From Elusimicrobiota bacterium (GTDB lineage: Bacteria > Elusimicrobiota > Elusimicrobia > UBA1565 > UBA9628): 64,000 nt of DNA. This document shows, in pieces, positions 60,579 to 64,000 of this stretch (positions are counted from its first letter, which is position 1; each line of letters opens with the position of its first letter). The translations under genes were made by a program, and so were the position numbers. The notes below the pieces were generated by a model that did no database searches, had not been told where the DNA came from, and saw nothing but the letters and a program-made list of their open reading frames with translations. The stretch spans positions 2,376 to 66,375 of the forward strand of contig JBBQVX010000003.1 in assembly GCA_038211115.1 (NCBI GenBank). The letters run 5' to 3'.

Positions 60579-61520
60579 ATGCCCCCTGAGTTGTCCATCG
60601 CCGTGCCCGGTCAGCCGCCCTCCAGGGTGCCTCTACTTGGGCCGTTTACGATCGGCCGGGGCAGCACCAGCGATCTGATCATCAAGGACGCGCGGGCCTC
60701 GCGCGGGCACGCGCTGTTGCGTCCGCTCGGGCGCGGGAACTACTTCCTGCTGGACCTGGGCAGCGCGAACGGGACCTTCCTCAACGGGCGCCTCGTGACG
60801 GCGCCGGTGCAGCTCTCGGATGGGGATATGATCGTGATCGCCGACTGCACGCTCAAGTTCGAGGCTCCGGACCAGCGCCCGATCACCTCGCCGCTGACGG
60901 CCGACTACGACAGCACGATGGAAACGGCGATGAACGTCTCGACCGAGGCGATCTCGATCCTGGTCGTCGACATCCGCAATTTCACTTTGCTGTCCGAGAC
61001 CCTGCCGCCCAAGGAGCTCCCGAGCTTCATCGGCAGCTGGTTTCGCGACGCGAGCGCGGTGATCGAGAGCCACGGCGGCGTCATCGATAAGTTCATCGGC
61101 GACGCGGTGATGGCCTACTGGCTCGGCGGCGGGGAGTCCGTCAACCCCAAGATCGCGCGCGGCCCGCTCGACAGCGCGATTGAGCTCGTGGAGACGGCCC
61201 GCCTGTACCACGGGCAACTGACCGCGCGCCACCCCGAGCTGAGCTTCTCCGTCGGCTGCGGCGTCCACATGGGCGAGGCGATGTTCGGAAACATAGGCAG
61301 CTCCTCGCGCCGGGACTTCACCGCGATCGGCGACTGCGTCAACATCGCGTTCCGCCTCGAGTCGCAGTGCAAGGAGCTCAAGCGCGCGATCGTCGTCAGC
61401 GAGGAGATCAAGACGACCGCGGGCGACGCCTACGCGTTCGAGGATCTGGGCCCGCTGAAGCTCAAGGGCAAGTCGAACGACGTACACGCTTTCTCCGTCG
61501 AAAAAAAGCCCGCCGCCTAG
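60579..61520 (+). CDS. FHA domain-containing class III adenylate/guanylate cyclase
   Basis: FHA: FTIGRGSTSDLII..ASRGHALL...DLGSANGTFLNG. Cyclase: ILVVDIRNFTLLSE, KFIGDAVMAYW, GDCVNIAFRLES. Confidence 0.88.
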   Translation: MPPELSIAVPGQPPSRVPLLGPFTIGRGSTSDLIIKDARASRGHALLRPLGRGNYFLLDLGSANGTFLNGRLVTAPVQLSDGDMIVIADCTLKFEAPDQRPITSPLTADYDSTMETAMNVSTEAISILVVDIRNFTLLSETLPPKELPSFIGSWFRDASAVIESHGGVIDKFIGDAVMAYWLGGGESVNPKIARGPLDSAIELVETARLYHGQLTARHPELSFSVGCGVHMGEAMFGNIGSSSRRDFTAIGDCVNIAFRLESQCKELKRAIVVSEEIKTTAGDAYAFEDLGPLKLKGKSNDVHAFSVEKKPAA

Positions 61521-62167
61521 CCGGCTTTGGGCGTCCCGCAGTCGGGGCAGAACTTCGACGTCGCCGGGATTTCGGCCTTGCATTTCGGGCACGCGGACGC
61601 GACGGCGGCCATGGGCTTGCCGCACGAGCCGCAGAACTTGCTGCCCGTCGCCGGGGCCTTGCAGTGCGGGCAGACGCCGGCCTGCTGGGCCTTGATGTCG
61701 AGCTTGCCGACGAGGTCCGCGCCCTCGGCCTTGAGCTGCATCTGCGCCGCGACCGCGCCCTTGAGGGCGGCGGCCTGGGCGGCCGCGGATTCCTCGGCGA
61801 AGTCCGGGGCGCAGTCCTTGCACAGTGAGGCCTTCGCGTTCCAGCACACGTCGGGGCAGACCCAGCGGCCGTCGCGCGTGCACTGGAAGAACTTGGGCTT
61901 GATCTCGCCGATCGCGGCCGCGAACGCGTCGTCCCAGTTCTTGCCGCGCAGGGCGTCCTTCAGGTGCTCGCCCGCGTTGGCCGCCTGGCCGAGGACGCCG
62001 CCGAACAGGCTCGACGCGGCGCCGAGGATGCCCGTCGCGAGCCCCATCTTGCTGGCCACGTAACTGGAGCGGTGGCCGCTGCCGCACTTGTCGCAGTGGA
62101 ACTCGAACTGATACCCCTGCGGAGTCGAGTGGTCGGTGTAGTTCTTGGTGAACGCGATGCTGGCCAT
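61517..62167 (-). CDS. Multi zinc-ribbon protein (double zinc ribbon-like C-terminus)
   Basis: 216 aa with CDKCG, CKDC, CPHCK..CGSCG and CPKCK..CPDCG pairs. Confidence 0.7.
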   Translation of the reverse strand: MASIAFTKNYTDHSTPQGYQFEFHCDKCGSGHRSSYVASKMGLATGILGAASSLFGGVLGQAANAGEHLKDALRGKNWDDAFAAAIGEIKPKFFQCTRDGRWVCPDVCWNAKASLCKDCAPDFAEESAAAQAAALKGAVAAQMQLKAEGADLVGKLDIKAQQAGVCPHCKAPATGSKFCGSCGKPMAAVASACPKCKAEIPATSKFCPDCGTPKAG

Positions 62168-62172
62168 GAGCT

Positions 62173-62946
62173 TTACTTGCCGGGCGCGTCGATCACGGCC
62201 AGGATCTTGCCCGCGTCGGCGCGCTTGGCCCAGGCTTCGATGTCGGCCGTCGGGCCGTCGAGCTGGACGACGACGGAGCCGACGCTGGTCTTCGCCGGCA
62301 CCGAGTGCGTATCGCTGAACAGGCGCACCTTGGAGAGCTTCTTCGTGTCCTTGAGCGCCGAGGGCTGGAAGAACATCCGGACGGTCGACTTCACCTCGTC
62401 CTCGCCGCCGTTCTTGGACTTGATCGCGATCATGCCCGGCTTCTCGACGACGACGTTGTCGGGGTCGATGCCCTCGTCCGCGCTTTCGTTGAGCGAGACG
62501 CGCAGCTCGATCGGCTCCTTCTTGTCGCTCTGCGCCTGCATGCCGTCGAGGGCGTTCTTGCTGCCCTGGGCCTGCATCTCCTGGCTGAGGCGCGCCAGCT
62601 CGGCGTAGTCGCCCTTCATTTGGGCCGCCATGATCTTCTTCTGGTAGTCCTCGCCGAGCTTCTTCTGGTTCTTCTCGGCGTCCTTGACGCCCTTGATCGC
62701 CAGGCGGCGGCTGACCGACGCGTTGATGGGCTGGAGCTTGCCTTCGTTCTTGTAAAAGTTCGTGGGGAGGTTGAAGTCGTCCTTGTCCTTGGCGAAGCCG
62801 GCGGGCGGAGCGCCGAGCGCGTCGAGGACGGCGACGAGCTTCTTCTTGAAGGTGCCGACTTCGTCGCGCGTGAGCAGGTCGTCGTCGGCGCGGACGGAAG
62901 AGGGGGCGAGGACGGCGAGAGCCAGGAGGAGGGGAAGGTATTTCAT
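62173..62946 (-). CDS. Secreted protein of unknown function
   Basis: The true start is MKYLPLLLALAVLAPSSVRA (ATG = complement of 62944-62946) within track ORF 62173..63597. Lys/Asp-rich, no family recognised. Ends 5 nt upstream of the zinc-ribbon gene. Confidence 0.65.
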   Translation of the reverse strand: MKYLPLLLALAVLAPSSVRADDDLLTRDEVGTFKKKLVAVLDALGAPPAGFAKDKDDFNLPTNFYKNEGKLQPINASVSRRLAIKGVKDAEKNQKKLGEDYQKKIMAAQMKGDYAELARLSQEMQAQGSKNALDGMQAQSDKKEPIELRVSLNESADEGIDPDNVVVEKPGMIAIKSKNGGEDEVKSTVRMFFQPSALKDTKKLSKVRLFSDTHSVPAKTSVGSVVVQLDGPTADIEAWAKRADAGKILAVIDAPGK

Positions 62947-63002
62947 GGGGGTATGATAGAAGATTTTACCCGCGCCAGTGAACGACGATGCGGCGCTCGC
63001 CT

Positions 63003-64000
63003 TTACGGCTTGAGGCTCTTGAGGCCGTCCTCGAGAACCTCGAACGCCTCCGCGAGCTGCTCGTCGGTGATGATGAGCGGGAAAAGCAGGCGCACGCAGT
63101 TGCCGTAGGAGCCCGCGGTCAGGATCACCACGCCGCGCTCGTAGCAGTGCTTGACGAGCGCCTTCGCGCCCTCGGCGAAGGGCTCCTTCGACGCATCGCG
63201 GACGAGCTCGAACGCGAGCATCGGCCCGAGGCCCCGCACGTCGCCGACGCACGGGTATTTCTCCTTCCAGCCGAGCAAGGTCCGCCGCACGGAGCGGCCG
63301 AGATCGGCCGCCCGGTTCAGCAGGGTCCCGTCCTCGAACAACTCGAGGACCGCGAGCGCGGAGGCGGCCGCCACGGGGTTGCCGCCGAACGTCCCGCCGA
63401 TGCCGCCCTCGGCCGGCGCGTCCATGATCTCCGCGCGTCCCGTGACCGACGAGATGGGCAGGCCGCCGCCGAGGCCTTTGGCCGCCAGCAGGAGGTCCGG
63501 GACGAAGTCGAGCTGCTCGGAGGCGAACAAAGTCCCGGTCCGACCGAAGCCGCTTTGGATCTCGTCGGCGATCACGATTATTCCATGATCCGCGCAATAG
63601 GCCGAGAGTTTGGCGAGGAATTCCCTCGGCGCCGGCAGAAACCCGCCCTCGCCTTGGACCGGCTCGATGATCACGGCCGCGAGCTTGTCGTTCCCGACCT
63701 TCGCCGCGACGTCTTTGAACGCGGAGAAGGCCGCCTCGGCGCTCACGCCGTGGTACTCATAGGGGAAAGGGGCCCGGTACACGTCGCCGTTGAGCGGAGC
63801 GAAGCCGGCTTTGTAAGGCTTCTCTTTATAGGTGAGAGTCATGGCCATGAAGGTCCGGCCGTGGAAGGCGTGCTCGAACGCGATCACCGCCGGGCGACCG
63901 GTGCGGGCGCGCGCGATCTTGATCGCGTTCTCGACGGCCTCGGCGCCGCTGTTCGCGAGGAAGGACTTCTTGGCGAACGTTCCCGGCGTCCTCGCGTTGA
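63003..64000 (-). CDS. Class III PLP-dependent aminotransferase (4-aminobutyrate aminotransferase-like), N-terminus beyond window
   Basis: AVIIEPVQGEGG, IADEIQSGFGRTG, LAAKGLGGGLP, GTFGGNP. The frame stays open upstream of the track's internal Met to the window edge. Confidence 0.88.
   Translation of the reverse strand, partial: NARTPGTFAKKSFLANSGAEAVENAIKIARARTGRPAVIAFEHAFHGRTFMAMTLTYKEKPYKAGFAPLNGDVYRAPFPYEYHGVSAEAAFSAFKDVAAKVGNDKLAAVIIEPVQGEGGFLPAPREFLAKLSAYCADHGIIVIADEIQSGFGRTGTLFASEQLDFVPDLLLAAKGLGGGLPISSVTGRAEIMDAPAEGGIGGTFGGNPVAAASALAVLELFEDGTLLNRAADLGRSVRRTLLGWKEKYPCVGDVRGLGPMLAFELVRDASKEPFAEGAKALVKHCYERGVVILTAGSYGNCVRLLFPLIITDEQLAEAFEVLEDGLKSLKP

Noticed and set aside
1-64000. Prophage, transposon, CRISPR-Cas, restriction-modification or other defence islands.
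   Set aside because: No capsid, terminase, integrase, transposase, Cas or methylase/endonuclease signatures were recognised in any frame. The PD-(D/E)XK motifs occur only inside the leader-tagged array proteins.

Overview
High-GC (about two-thirds G+C by eye, not computed) bacterial chromosomal window. An LptD homologue indicates a diderm organism; the lineage cannot be named from the sequence alone. I support about 55 CDS and found no rRNA, tRNA, CRISPR, transposase or integrase. All domain calls come from motif recognition by eye; no searches were run.

Layout:
(1) 1-3.5 kb: an edge-truncated GAF/PAS sensor, a ceramidase-family membrane protein operon and a PrcB-like secreted protein.
(2) 3.5-28 kb, the standout: seven co-directional large multidomain genes (425-1624 aa) that all open with the same N-terminal module. 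The module is a Sec signal peptide ending AxA|Q[TV], a reiterated x-P-[SA]-[LIAM] low-complexity stretch, then a short helix and an FDG/acidic patch. The payloads are unrelated: MFS-like permease plus two ATP-grasp ligases; M28 peptidase; HAD-like plus PD-(D/E)XK nuclease-like with Lys-rich tails (twice); HAD plus MFS-like; polytopic block plus M48 peptidase plus MFS-like; M50 plus subtilisin S8. The array is interrupted by a translationally coupled trio of small genes (two paralogues and a 3-TM protein). It ends with an orphan CheY-like receiver and a strong terminator. Three array genes share a ~37-bp upstream element at a fixed distance from a -10-like box.
(3) 28.5-40.5 kb: class I aldolase flanked by twin palindromes, then a glycan cluster with four GT-C-like polytopic proteins, a Dpm1/Ppm1-like GT2, a sugar C-methyltransferase, a cupin and an SDR. 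The last GT-C/TPR gene lies in a clear low-GC island.
(4) 40.6-64 kb: housekeeping genes (trxA, polA, rhomboid, coaE, rho, M23 peptidase, L31 type B, prfA, prmC, murA, folC, ROK kinase, lptD-like, rfbB, tdk, ppiB, FHA-cyclase, class III aminotransferase). A perfect 24-bp inverted repeat abuts the prfA start.

Many genes appear leaderless, with a -10 box 3-10 nt before the start codon.
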